From the NCBI RefSeq assembly GCF_009914755.1, contig NC_060931.1: 64,000 nt of DNA. One strand, given 5' to 3'. This document shows, piece after piece, positions 14,136-27,330 of this stretch (position 1 is its first letter; every line of letters starts with the position of its first letter). The notes below the pieces were generated by a model. The model was not told the DNA's origin, made no database searches, and saw only the letters and a list, made by a program, of their open reading frames with translations. This DNA comes from the human T2T-CHM13v2.0 reference genome, Homo sapiens. A program made the translations under genes and the position numbers.

Positions 14136-14706
14136 TTGTTGTGAAGTTCAGCCCCCCTTTTTTTAATGAACTCTATTTTTTAGAACAGTTTTAGATGCAA
14201 AGGAAAAATGCAAAGATGGTACACGGTGTCCTCATATTTTCCATACTCAATTTTTTCTATTATTAACACTTTACATTTGTATGGCATGTTTGTTACAATT
14301 AATGAATCCATGGTGATATACGTTTATGAACTAAAGTCTACCATTTATTCAGATTTTCTTAGTTTTCACCAGATGTTATTTTTCTCTTCCAAGATCCCAT
14401 CCAGGATACCTATTACGTTAGGCACAATGTCTGTTTTTAGGTCCCTTGTGGCTATGACAGCTTCTCAGAGGTTCCTTGTTTTCGATGACCTTGACAGTTT
14501 CGAGGGGTCAGGTATTATATTGTATAATTCTCCTCTGTTGGAATTTGTCTGATGTTCTTCTCATGATTAGAATGGGGTAATGAGCTTGTCAGAGGAAGAC
14601 CACACAGGTAAAGTGCCATTTGCATCACATCACATCAAGGGTACATACAATCAATAGAATGCATGACTGTTAATGTTGACCTTGGTCACCTGGCTAATGT
14701 AGTGGA

Positions 14707-14842
14707 TTTTGTTTGTTTGTTTTAGTAGAGACAGGGTCTCGCTATGTTGCCCAGGCTGGTTTCAAACTCCTGTGCTCAAGCAATCCTCCTGCCTCAGCCT
14801 CCTCAGTCACTGGAATTACAGTCATGAGCCACTGTGCCAAGC
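14707..14842 (-). mobile_element. FLAM_C
   Basis: agagacagggtctcgctatgttgcccaggctgg...gagccactgtgcc; monomer; TSD ctaa(tg/ca)tagtg. Confidence 0.9.
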
Positions 14843-17820
14843 TCCTAACATAGTGTTTATCATGTTTCTCCACTGCAAAGTTTCTCTTTTTCCCCTCTTT
14901 TCATGCTCATTCCTTTTGATTTAAAAAGGAAATCATTATGCACGGGGCACACTTAGGAGTGGAGTGTTATGCACCATCTCATTGAATGTAGAGTAAATAC
15001 ATAAATTACTTGGGACTTTCCTGGATGGACATTTATTTCTTCTCTCTACTCATTTATTTATGCAATTATTTATTTATATCAGTATATCAATACTGATATA
15101 TATTTATTTTATTCATTAACTTATGGTCCAATACTGCTTCATTTATTTTGTTGCTCAAATTGTTCAAGCATTGGCAACTGGAAAGTTTTTTTTAGTTAAC
15201 TTCTGTGTCCCATTGACATACCCCATTATGGGACATTTGCTTGCTTGCTTGTTTTTCTTTGAGCACTTCCCCACTTTCCAGTGCTAAAGGATAGATTCCA
15301 CAGGCTCAATCTGTAAGACAGACTTCCTGTCTTAGTCCTAACACCAGCCACTTCTCCAAGAACCTCTACTTTCTTACATTAGAAAAAGATGTTAGAAACA
15401 AAAGGTAGGCATGTTTGTTGCCACTGGGATGCAGTTATATCTAGGCTTCTTGGTTGAAATAGCAAGAAAATAGATGAGTACATACTAGCCCGTGTATAGA
15501 CACATATCTGTGAATATTTCTATATGTATCGTCTTTGACTATATCCTGAACATGAGTTCATACTGCTATCTCCAATTCTTAATTACCACAAAGATCATTC
15601 TAGCCTCCTCCGTATGTTTATCTATAAACTCTTACTTTAACAGTAAGAAATCTGGCTCACATCTTCCACTATCCACTCATTTAACTGTTCCTTTCCAGTA
15701 TACACGGATAGCAGTATCAGAGTGTTAACCCATATTCCTGTGGAAATCAACATTTTCAATAAAGTATAGTTCTTGTTGCATTTCTTTTCCTGTAGTCTAA
15801 CATACTCTATTCATTTCCAAAGTTAATTAAGTCGGCAGCTTTTTCATTACCTCTTTCTATAAGGTTGATTAATACATTTGTAATGAAGTTACATTGTTTT
15901 GTCATATTCTGAATTTCATTCTGGAATCCCTCAATCTCTTAGAATTTTACTATTTTGACTGTAAAGGTCAATGGACTCATAGAATCCACCATCACAGTAT
16001 CATAAATGATAGTTTTCCATCCTAAAATATCTGTTCTGCTTCACCTACTTAGCCTTCTTTACTCCCTGAACCCCTAGAAAGCACTGATCTTCTCATTGTT
16101 GCTACTGTTTTACATTTTCCAAAATGTTACATATTTGTTGTCATATTGTGTAATCTTTCAAACTGGCTTCTTTCATTTAAACACACATCTACTATTTATC
16201 CTTATCTTTTTGGTTTGATAGCTTATTTATTTTTACTGCTGAATAATATTCCGTTGTATAGATGTACCACAGTTTATTTATGTATTCACTTATTGAAAGA
16301 CATCTTGGTTTCTTCCAAGTTTGGGCAATTATGAATATACCTACTATAAACATCTGTGTGCAGATTTTTGTGTAGAAATAAGTCATTAAATCCACTCAGC
16401 AAATATCAAGGGTTGTAATTGCTGCATTATATGGTAAGAATATAGTTAGCTTTGTAAGAAATAGTCAAACTGTCTTCCAAACTGACTGTATCATTTTGGA
16501 TTCTCAACAGCAATGAATGAGAGTTCTATTATTCCACATTCTCACCAGCAATCAGTATGTCATTTGTTTTGTTGTTGTTTAATTTTAACCCTTCTAATAT
16601 ATGTGTGATGGTATCTCATTTATTGTTTTAAATTTCAATTTCCTAGTAACAATTGATGTTGAACATTTTTTCATGTGCTCATTTGCAATCCTTGTATCTT
16701 CTTCAGTGAGATGTCTGTTCAGATCTTTGGTTCACTTTTTAATTGGCTTGTTTGTTTTCTTATTGCTAAATTTTAAGAGTCCTTTCTATATTTTGGAGAC
16801 AGGCCCTTAAAGCCAACTGGGCCTGTTTTTTTTTTTCTTTTGAAGTTTATTAATTATTGATTAAATTTATTTTGTGTGTATAAGCCAATTCAGATTATTT
16901 TATTTCTTCTTTTGTGAGTTTTGGTAGTATGTATCTTTCAAAGAATTGGACTATTTAATTTGTCAAATTTGTGGGCACAGTTTTTCAAAGCACTCCTTTA
17001 TTTTATTTATTTATTTTTTTCATAAGATCAGTAATGATGATCCTTACTTTATTTCTGATGTTGGTGATTTTGTATTCTCTCTTAGGTTAAGTTAGTCTAG
17101 CTAGAGATCTATTAATATTATTGATCTTTGCAAAGAATAAACTTATGATTTTGTTGATCATCTCTATTATTTCCTTATTTTCATTTCATGAATTTCTGTT
17201 CTCATTTTTATTATTTATTTTGTTCTCCTTAATTTAGATTTAATTTGCTATTCTTTTCCTAGTTTCCTAAGATGGAAGCCTATATTACTGATTTTAGATG
17301 TTTCTTCTTCTATAGCATAATGCTATAAGTTTCCCTCTAAGCATACTTTGCTGCATCCAACACACTAAAACAAATTGTACTTTTATTTTTGTCACAATAT
17401 TTTAATGTATTGGTGATTTTGTCTATGTCTCTGCTGTTTTTTTGGGTTCTGCCTCACGTTTTAACATGAGCTTTCTAGTGCGTACGAATTTAGGATTGCT
17501 ATGTCTTTTTTGAGGAATTTACCCCTTTATCATTACATAAGCCATTTTATATCCCCGATAATTTTTCTTTTTCTTAGGTCCTTTTTGTCCAAAATTAAAA
17601 TATCTATTCCAGTTTTCTTTTGGCTAGAATTAGCATAGTATATCTTTTGCCATCTCTTTTCTTTTAACCTGAGAAATATTTAAAATGGATTTCTTGAAGA
17701 CAACGCACAGTTCGATTTTGTGGTGTTTTTTTTTTTTAATTCACTCTGAAAATCTCTGTGTTTTACTTGGTGTATTTAGATCATTCACATTTAAGGTGAT
17801 TATTGAAATTGTGATAATAT

Positions 17821-17862
17821 CCTAAGTGCTGAGATTGCAGACATGAGCCATCAAGCCTGGCC
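17821..17862 (-). mobile_element. Alu 5'-end stump (~42 bp)
   Basis: cctaagtgctgagattgcagacatgagccatcaagcctggcc = antisense Alu 5' terminus. Confidence 0.75.
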
Positions 17863-18626
17863 CTGCCTTCTCTGATTTTCATTGAGAATTTTATATGATT
17901 CCATTTTCTCTCGTATCTTAACATATCAGTTAGATTTTTTAAAAAGGTTTTTGTTGTTGTTGTCATAGAGTTTGCAATATACATTTAAAACTAATATAAG
18001 TTTGTTAACTAACTTTAAAAACAATATACTGATTCATGTGCAGTGAAGATAGAATTCCAGAATTTTGTTTTTGTTTCTGTTTTCTTGTTTGACTTTAAAT
18101 ATTTCACTCTACTTTGTCTGGCCTGCATGGTCTGATGAGATGCCCACTATAATTCTTATCCTTTTTCCTCTCTTGCTAAGGTTTCCCCCACCTTACCCCT
18201 GGCTTCTTTCAATTTGTTTAATGCTTTGTTTTATGTAGTTTGAATATGATGTTTCCAATATTTAGGGGGTTTTTGTTTGCTTTTCTTTTTAGTGTTCTGT
18301 AAGCTTCTTCTATCTCTGCTTTTGTTTATGTCATTGATTTTGAAAAATTGTCAACCATTTTTACTTTAAATACTTTTTCTATTCCATTCCATCTTTCTAT
18401 ACCTCCTGATATTCCCATTAATTGTGCATTGCACTTTTAAAAATTATTTTACTTTTTATGAGTATTCTATTTGGTTTTTCCTTTCTTTTTTATGCTTACA
18501 TTTCTGTTTGGGAAATTCCTATTGACATATATTCAAGAGTATTAATTCTTTTGTTGGCCTCATCCAGTCTACTGAAGAACCCTTCAAAGGCATTCTTTAT
18601 TTCTGTTACACTGTTCTAATTTCTAG

Positions 18627-18930
<304 letters not shown>

Positions 18931-19223
18931 CCTTCGGATATTCTTTCAATTCTTTCTGGGAGCGTCCATCTTTCTCGTTACACACCCAATCTGTTCTTGC
19001 ATGTTGTTGATTATTTCCAATAGAACCCTTAACATATTAATCATAATTATTTTAAATTCCTTGTCTCATAATTCAATATCTGTGTCATATCTGATTCTGG
19101 TTCTGATGCTTGCCTTGTTTCTTGAGACTATGAGGCTTTTTTTCGCCTTTTAGCATGCCTTATAATTTTTTACTGAAACCCAGACATGATTTATTGGCTA
19201 ATAAGATCTGGAGTTGATAGGTA

Positions 19224-19599
19224 TGCCTTAGTCAGCTTGGGCTGTTATAACAGAATTTCATAGATTGGGTGGCTTAAACAACCAGCATTTATTTCTCAGG
19301 GTTCTGGAGCCTGGTAAGTCCAAGATCATGGCAGCATCAGTTTTAGTGTCTGGTGAGGGCTCCCTTCCTGGTTTGAAAATGGCCATTTTCTCTTTGTGTC
19401 TTCACATAATAAAGAGAGAGATCATCTGTCTTGTGTCTCTTCTTACAGTGAAACTATTGTCATTCATACAAAGGCTCTACCCCCCTGAACTAACAACCTC
19501 CCAAATGCCCGATGTCCTTATACCACCACCATGTTGGGGATTAGACTTTAACATGTGAATTTGGGGGTGAAGGGAGACACAAGCATTCAACCCATAATA
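19224..19599 (-). mobile_element. MLT1A/MLT1A0 solo LTR
   Basis: ttagtcagcttgggctgttataaca...tggcttaaacaac...tctggtgagggctc...aacatgtgaatttggggg...cattcaacccataata. Confidence 0.85.
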
Positions 19600-20767
19600 A
19601 GGCCTTTGGTGTGAGTTTTTATCTTTACTGGGCTAGACGTTAGGCTGTCTTTAATGTTTGCTGCATCAGTAGGCATCAGAGGATTCAAATTCCTCCAGTG
19701 TCTTTTTTTTTTTTTTTTCCTAAGTTATCATTGCGTTTCCCTTAGATTTTTCCTCAGGAAAAGACTGAATTTCAGCTCCTTCAGCTGCAATCCACTGTTG
19801 TTATACTGGGGCCCTCTTGATGTGGACTGAAGGGAAGGAAACATTCTATAATATTGTGATTAATTTCCAATCTTTAACGTGCTCCTGGGCTGTAATATTC
19901 TCCCACCCCAACACTCTCTCATGCCGTTAGTTGATGCAGAAAAGCTAGAAGAGGCTGGAGTCTGAAAAATCTCCTCCCCTGCCCCTGATCCATAAGATAA
20001 GCCCCGGATAAAAGTGTTTTCCCCTGCAGAGTAGGCTTTTGCTGTGGAGGATCCTTTGCAGATTTCACAATAGTGTTCTCCTCTCTGCCTGAGGCATGTG
20101 GAGATCTTGGATCTTCAAGGGGTAAAACCCACTGGAGTGTGGGGCTCCATGAAGACTGTAGCTCCTGGAGTGTCTCACTCTCACACTAGCCAACACTCAG
20201 GCAGTTGGTCCAAATCACCACTGAAGTGTTCCTTGCAGTTCATGGCTCCAGCAGCTTTGGTTCCAGGCAAGCAGATTTTAGCTGTGCCTCTCAAGATTCC
20301 TTCATCTCTCCAGATTTCTTCAGACTGCAGAGATGATTTGCCCTATGACCTCTTATGGATCCAAGAAAAGTTGTCGATTTTCAGTTTGACATATTTTTAA
20401 AATTTTATTTTTGTAAGGGTGGCATTGTCAGTTTCCAAGAACTGTATCTGTCAAAGGTGAAAGTGGAAATCTATCAGCTCCTTTTCATGTTTTTTCATAA
20501 CCCTCCTGACACTTGAAGGCCATGGAAATGTATTGAGTTATTGGGTCACATTTTACTTTACACTACTTGTCTAAAAGCCATCTCAGACTCTTCCTGGAAA
20601 AAAATATAGAGTTAAATGAATACAAATTTTTATAATACTCTAAAAAGAAATACACAATTATATAACTGTGTTTTAGGCACTCTGCTAGCATCTGGGAAAT
20701 CACTGTAACTAAAATGTGGTGCCAGACCATGAGGCTATGACTGCTGAGGCATTCAAGAGAGAAAACT

Positions 20768-21181
<414 letters not shown>

Positions 21182-22119
21182 CTAGGGAATCAGAAATTGC
21201 TAAAAAAAAAGCTGGTTTTTCAAGATAAATGAAAAATTAGCAAGAAACATGTTACATTTTTATTGTTTCTCTTATACTATTCATTACCAGTAACTCAGTT
21301 CTTCCTTAGAGCTCCAATATCCACATATGCAAACAATAACAGCTTTAATGATGCTACCTTTACATACACAGTAGGACCTGTTGCTTTCTTGGGTCACGGG
21401 TGCTAGAATATATTTACTGCTCTTAAGTCCGGGTCGCAAACACCGCAATAAGTCCTACTCACAAAGCACTTTCTCCTCCAAGACATAGCAGATCTTGTTA
21501 ACTCGTGACACAGCTAAAAAGGACAGTACTAAGAGGAAGCATTTGTGGTGTTCTGGGCCTGAGGGAGACAGAGATTGTCACGGCTAACATTTAAGCCCTC
21601 CTCTTTTGCCTCCAGGACTGTTGTTCCATCAACTAATGGGACTCCTTGACCCTGCATGTCTCCCAAAGCATCCTTTATACAGAGGTGTTGTCACCTTCTT
21701 GTTGTATTGATTTTATATAATCATTTTAAATTTTCTGTAGTTTCAAATGCTTCTCAACAAGTATGCCATATCTATGCAGTAGTAAATGTGTAAGATTTCT
21801 AATATATAAATATAGATAAAATCAGAGAGCTAAAAATTTATTGATGGAGAGCCTGAGTTTTAAAAAAATGAAGACCAACCACAGACCCACATCTCTACCT
21901 CTCTCTGTTGCATAAAATTCTCAGCAGTCTCACCAGCCCCTTATGCTGCTCCACACAATGAGGACGACCTGAGCTGAGAGAAGAGCAGGCAGAGATGTCT
22001 CCCTGTGTACATGGGAGAACGTGTGCGAACCTAGAGAATGATGGCTGAGCAAATATCTGGCAAGTCTCCTATTACTTGTCCCTGGGGACAGACCCCTGGA
22101 TTAACATCTAAAATAAAAC

Positions 22120-22270
22120 AGTATTCTGAGCCTTTGCTCTGCTGGTTTTTATTTGGCTTCATATGGGCCATTTAACCTCTCTGAGCTTCTGTTTTTCCCT
22201 TCAAGCACCAGAGCAAGAATGCCTGCCTCACATCATAAGGGTGCGTCTGAACAAGTAACGGATAGAAAAA
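22120..22270 (+). mobile_element. MIR
   Basis: catttaacctctctgagcttctgtttttcc...tgcctgcctcaca. Confidence 0.6.
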
Positions 22271-22384
22271 CTGAGGCTTCATACCAGCAATTAATGTTAT
22301 TACCCTGGAATTCCACATTTATAAGTAGTAACAACATAACTTATTTCATGTTGTTTTTTAACCAAGAGTACTTCTGATGGAAGA

Positions 22385-23200
22385 TTTTATTAGAATGTAG
22401 AATCATTGGATAAAAAATGATTTTTCACTTATAAAACAGTCTACCCAAGACAGGACTCCTGTCTACAGAATTCCTGGAAGATGATCACCCAACTTTTCTT
22501 GATTATGACTAGTAACTAGGAGCTCACAACTTTGAAAGAAAAGGGATTTCTTTTCTTTTCTTTGTGAAATGATACCATATTAAGTAAAAATATCCCCTCT
22601 GGTATGCTTTCTTTTTGAGTCTGCATCCTTGGGAAGCTCAAAATATTTCACTCACCTCTAATCACAATCATGATAAGTCTTCATAAAGCCATCTGTGTGC
22701 ACACCACTGAATTTCCTTTTCATGGGTAAACAGGCCCAGATCTCTCAGGATATTATAGTAGGATACAATTTTCAGACACCTTATGTCTTAGTTTGTTCAA
22801 GCTGCTATTTAAAAATACCATAGACTGGCTTATAAACAAGAGAAATTCATTTCTTATAGTTCTCGAGGTTGGAAATCCAAGGCCAGCAGTTTCAGTGTCT
22901 GATGAAAGCCTGTTCCTCATAGACGGCACATTCTTCATGTCTTCATATTGCGGACGGAGAGCCATAGAGCTCTCTGGAGTTTCTTTGATAAGGGCACGAA
23001 TCTCATTCATGAGGGCTCTGCCTGAAGGCCCTTCCACTCAACACCATCACTTTCAGGATTTCAATGTTTGCATTTTGGGGGGACATTGAGACCACAGCAT
23101 CTCACATGCATCGTCCTCTTGAGGCATCTTATGCATCTATCTGCTTTTCTATTATTTATAAGTGGTGCCTAGAACCAAGTGTAATATGATCTACATGTAC
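22385..23200 (-). mobile_element. L3/CR1 remnant, split by MLT1A
   Basis: tagaatgtagaatcat..., ggagctcacaacttt, taaacaggcccagatc, aagtggtgcctagaacc. Confidence 0.5.
22784..23099 (-). mobile_element. MLT1A solo LTR
   Basis: tgtcttagtttgttcaagctgcta...ataccatagactgg...ataagggcacgaatctcattcatgagggctc...ttgagaccacagca. Confidence 0.85.
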
Positions 23201-23306
23201 TATAACTTGTTTGCTTCTATTTTAATGATGCTGTGTTACACTAATAATGAACCGTGTAGCTAACAGAACACAGTCATACCTAATGTCTCACCAAACACTG
23301 AAGAAT

Positions 23307-23400
23307 CCCTTTTTATAGATGTGGAAACAAAACAAAGACCCTTAGAAGTTAAGAGGTTTGTTCACTATCTCACAGATAATCCAGGATTAGAACACAGGTA
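23307..23400 (-). mobile_element. MIR fragment
   Basis: cccttttatagatgtggaaac...agaagttaagaggtttg...ccaggattagaacacagg. Confidence 0.6.
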
Positions 23401-24079
23401 TACCAGCTGTCATTGACTACATTGCTCAGATAAGGGTAGATTAAATTGACAGGTCACCAATAGCTTGGGTCCACCAACTCTCTCAGCCTTTTTTCCACAT
23501 TGAATGATGCCAAAAAAGTGTTGTTCTTTATGAAATTGTCTATTTATTTTTAACATTAATACAGTTATATAAAATTTAGAAATATGGAAGGTTTAGTGTA
23601 AGAAGCCTTACAGATTATGTTAAACATATAACACATTTATGAATAAGCAACTGGCAAACTAATCAAACATCACATAGTTAATCTATGGGCAAAAATGATA
23701 TAATTGAGGTCTTCAAAGACATATGAATTGTCTTCATGCCATAGCATTAGCAGACAGGTAGGTAGCCTTTACATTCTTTTTAGAGGGGTTCCTCATCACT
23801 GACAATCCTATCAAAAAATCTAGATTTATCTTATTGCATCCCACTTAATAAAACCATTAAACTCAACTTGTCTTTGTATAATCACTGTAAATCCACTTGT
23901 GGCGAGAGGATGGACGCTTAGACTGATGGGACATGGGACAAGAAATGAGCACGTCCGTTTATGTAAAAGCCAATGTTTCCATTAACACATGCTTGGTGCA
24001 GTCACAAGTGGCAGCTGCTACTGTGGATTTCAGTTGCTATTTCTCTGAGGACCCCATAGAAGACTGTAAAGAGTGCCTG

Positions 24080-25820
24080 AGGACTGAAAAATGTGCCCAC
24101 TCTTTTAGCCCTGGGAACAAACTACTCAATATGGCTATTTGGAAACACAGTGTGGCAATTCAGGAATAAGAATCACTAAAATTGATTGTTCTCTTTGGCC
24201 TCATTTAACTGATCACAACTCCACGTAAGTCAAGAGCTTTTTGCATAATAATTTTCATTACCATATTATGTAACACTGAAAAATTGTTAGTTCTTTCATA
24301 AATTATCTGATTTTAAAAAGTAGCACACATTATCAAACAAGAAATTTTGAGAAGTGGTCATGGCTGGTGTCCAGTACAACCTCTTCCACTTTGAAAGTGC
24401 TCACTGTTACTGTTTGTGTCTGTTACTTGGTACCTCACAAAATGAGATGGCACAATCTTTTATTACAGTGAGACATTTATAAAATTATTTATGCATTTTT
24501 TTCAAAATGTACCTTAATAAATACCAAAATGTTGCTAAATTGTAGTTTATGTTTTTGTCCTTAATGCAATCAAGTAGAAATGAAAATAACTACAAAACGT
24601 CACCATCAAAAATAAAAACATGGAACTGATTAAAGAAAACTATTAAAAATTCTTGGAATCCAAAAGGACCTCAACTCTGAAATTAAGATTATTTTATAAT
24701 AAAAACAAGGAAAAAGCTTTATATTAAAACCCATTGGATGTTTCCAATCTTTAACCTTTAAAAAATTTTATGTTAAATAAAAACATTGAGAATAAATAAA
24801 CTAAGCATTTTTTTTCTGGTAATAAAAAAGCGTTCAATTTAAAAAGTGAGATTGAAAAATAAAATGGAAAAAAACAGAATAAAACAAAATTTAAAAAACA
24901 AAAAAGTGAGATTGAAATAGTTAAGAAATAGCAACAAGAAATTGAAACTTATTAAGATAAAGAATCTACAGATAAAATAAAATTTTATTTTTATAAGACA
25001 AAAAATTTAAAACAAAGAATCTGAAAAATAAAATTAAATATATGTATATCTGCAATCATGAAAAAGAAAATTTATGAGAAACTCAGGAGAAAATAAACAA
25101 TTGAAAGAAATATCCCAAGCAATTTTATATCAAAAGCTGGAAACCTACATAACAGTCGAAGATACCTTTTGAAAATATAAATATACAAAATTGAGTAACA
25201 AAATAGGATATGATTGGCAGAGGTGTCAGGAGGGAAAGAAGAAAAGGAAAAGGAGGAAGGGAAAGAAGTGGAAAATGAGGAGGAGAGAGCAGAGAAGTGA
25301 GAAGAGAAGAGAAAAATTATTTGGTCACTTTAATACATGACTATGATAACAAAAATACTAAGAAACTCTCGAAGTAGTGCTCATAATAGAATTCAGTGTG
25401 GTAGACAGAAGTAATATAAACTAACAAATTCAATATTTTTAAAACCAGTAATAACAAGCTTGAATAAGCATCTCAATATACTTACACAAAAATACATTTT
25501 CCTTATATATTATTACCTGATAAATACAAGTTAAACAACATGTAATATAATTAATTTGTGTTAAGGAAAGTAGCATAGAGAGGAATATGTTTATTTTCTG
25601 TGTGTTTATATATGTATTAATGTATGTGTTTGTATGTTGACATGAATGTATGAATACTGTATATTTGCATGTGTGGGTGTGTCTGTGTATTTAGAAAGAC
25701 ATGCCCCAAATTATAAACAGCATTTTACTGAGGGATTCAGGTTGGAGATGAACACAAGGGGTTTCTTATATGTTGCATTTTATAATTTTATACGATGAGA
25801 AACACTGTGATTTTTTTCTT
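24080..25820 (+). mobile_element. highly decayed L1ME fragments
   Basis: A-rich ORF2-like remnants (aaaagctggaaacctac, agaattcagtgtggtag, caaattcaatatttt) and L1ME-like 3' end near 25700-25800. Confidence 0.45.
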
Positions 25821-25849
25821 TTTATGTTTTGCTCTATTTTTCAAACATA

Positions 25850-27330
25850 CTGTTTTTTATTTTTTTAATTAATATTATTTTTAATGGACAAATTATAATT
25901 GTATGCATTTATGGACCACAATGTGGAAGGATTAAATCAAGTTAAATAACATATACATCATCTTTCTCACTTATCACTTTTTGTGGTAAGACATTTGACA
26001 TTTACTCTTAGTAATTTTGAAATATACAATACATGAATATTGACTATAGGTCACCCTGATATGCAATAGATCTCAAAACTTATTTCTCCTGTCTATCTGA
26101 AATTTTGCGCCATTAGATCAACAACTCCCCATTCTTTCCCCACTCCCAGCCTCTGATAACCACTATTCTATTCTCTACTTCTGTGAATTCAACTTCTTTA
26201 GATTCTACGTTTAAGTGAGATTATATGGTATTTGTCTTTCAGTGTCTGGCTTATTTCACTTAGCATAATGTCCTCCAGTTTCATCCACATTGTTGCAAAT
26301 GGCAGATTTTTTTTTTTTAAGGCCTAAAGAGTATTCCATTGTAATAGTATTTCACATTTTCTTTATCTGTTCATACATTGACAGACACTTTGGTTGATTC
26401 TATATCTTGACGGCTGTGAATTCACACTGTGTGTGAATATTGCTGCAATGAGCAAGGAAGTGCAGTTATCCCTTCAATATATTGATTTCAATTCCTTTGA
26501 ATGTATACCCAGAATCATGATAGTTCTGTTCTGAGTTTTTTGAGGCACCTCCATACTGTTTTCCACAATTGCTACACTAATTTACATTCCCACCACAACA
26601 CTCAAGAGTTTCCTTGTCTCCATAATCTCACCAACACTCGTTATCATTCATCTATTTTATAAAAGCCATTCTAACAGGTATGAGGTGATATCTCATTGTG
26701 GTTTTATTTTGCATTTCTCTAATGATTAATGATGTTGAATATTTTTTCATGCACTTGTTAGCTATTTATTGTCTTCTCTGATAAATGTCTGTTCAAGTCC
26801 TTTGCCCATTTTTTAGTTGGATTGTTTGTTTTCTTGTTATTGAGGTCTTTCTTATACATTTTGGATTAACCCCCTATCCAATGTATGCTTTGCAAAAATT
26901 TTCTCCCACTATTGAGTTGTTTCTTTACTTTATTGTTTTTTTTTTTTTTTTTTTTGCTGTACAGAAATCTTTTAGTTTAATGTAATCCCATTTGTCCATT
27001 TTTGCTTTTCTTGCATGAGCTTTTGGGGTCATATCTAAAATGTTATTGAACAGGTCAGTTTCATGAAGCTTTTACCCTACATTTGCTTCTAGTAGTTTTA
27101 CAGTTTCAGGTCTTATATTTAAGTTTTTAATTCATTTGAGTTGATTTTTGCATATGGTGTGAGATAAGGATTCAATATCATAACTCTGCATGCGGATAGC
27201 CAGTTTTCCTAACACAATTTACTGAAGAGATTGTTTTTCCCCACTGTGTGTTCTTGGCAACTTTATTGAAGATTAATTGACTATAAAGGCATAAGTTTAT
27301 TTCTGGGCTTTCTGTACAATCTTTTCCATT
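25850..27330 (-). mobile_element. L1MA (MA5-7-like) 3' portion with poly(T) tail; non-inverted half of a twin-primed insertion
   Basis: ttgtggtaagacatttgacatttactc...gcaatagatctcaaaacttatt L1MA 3'UTR; antisense ORF2 to 27330. Confidence 0.9.
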
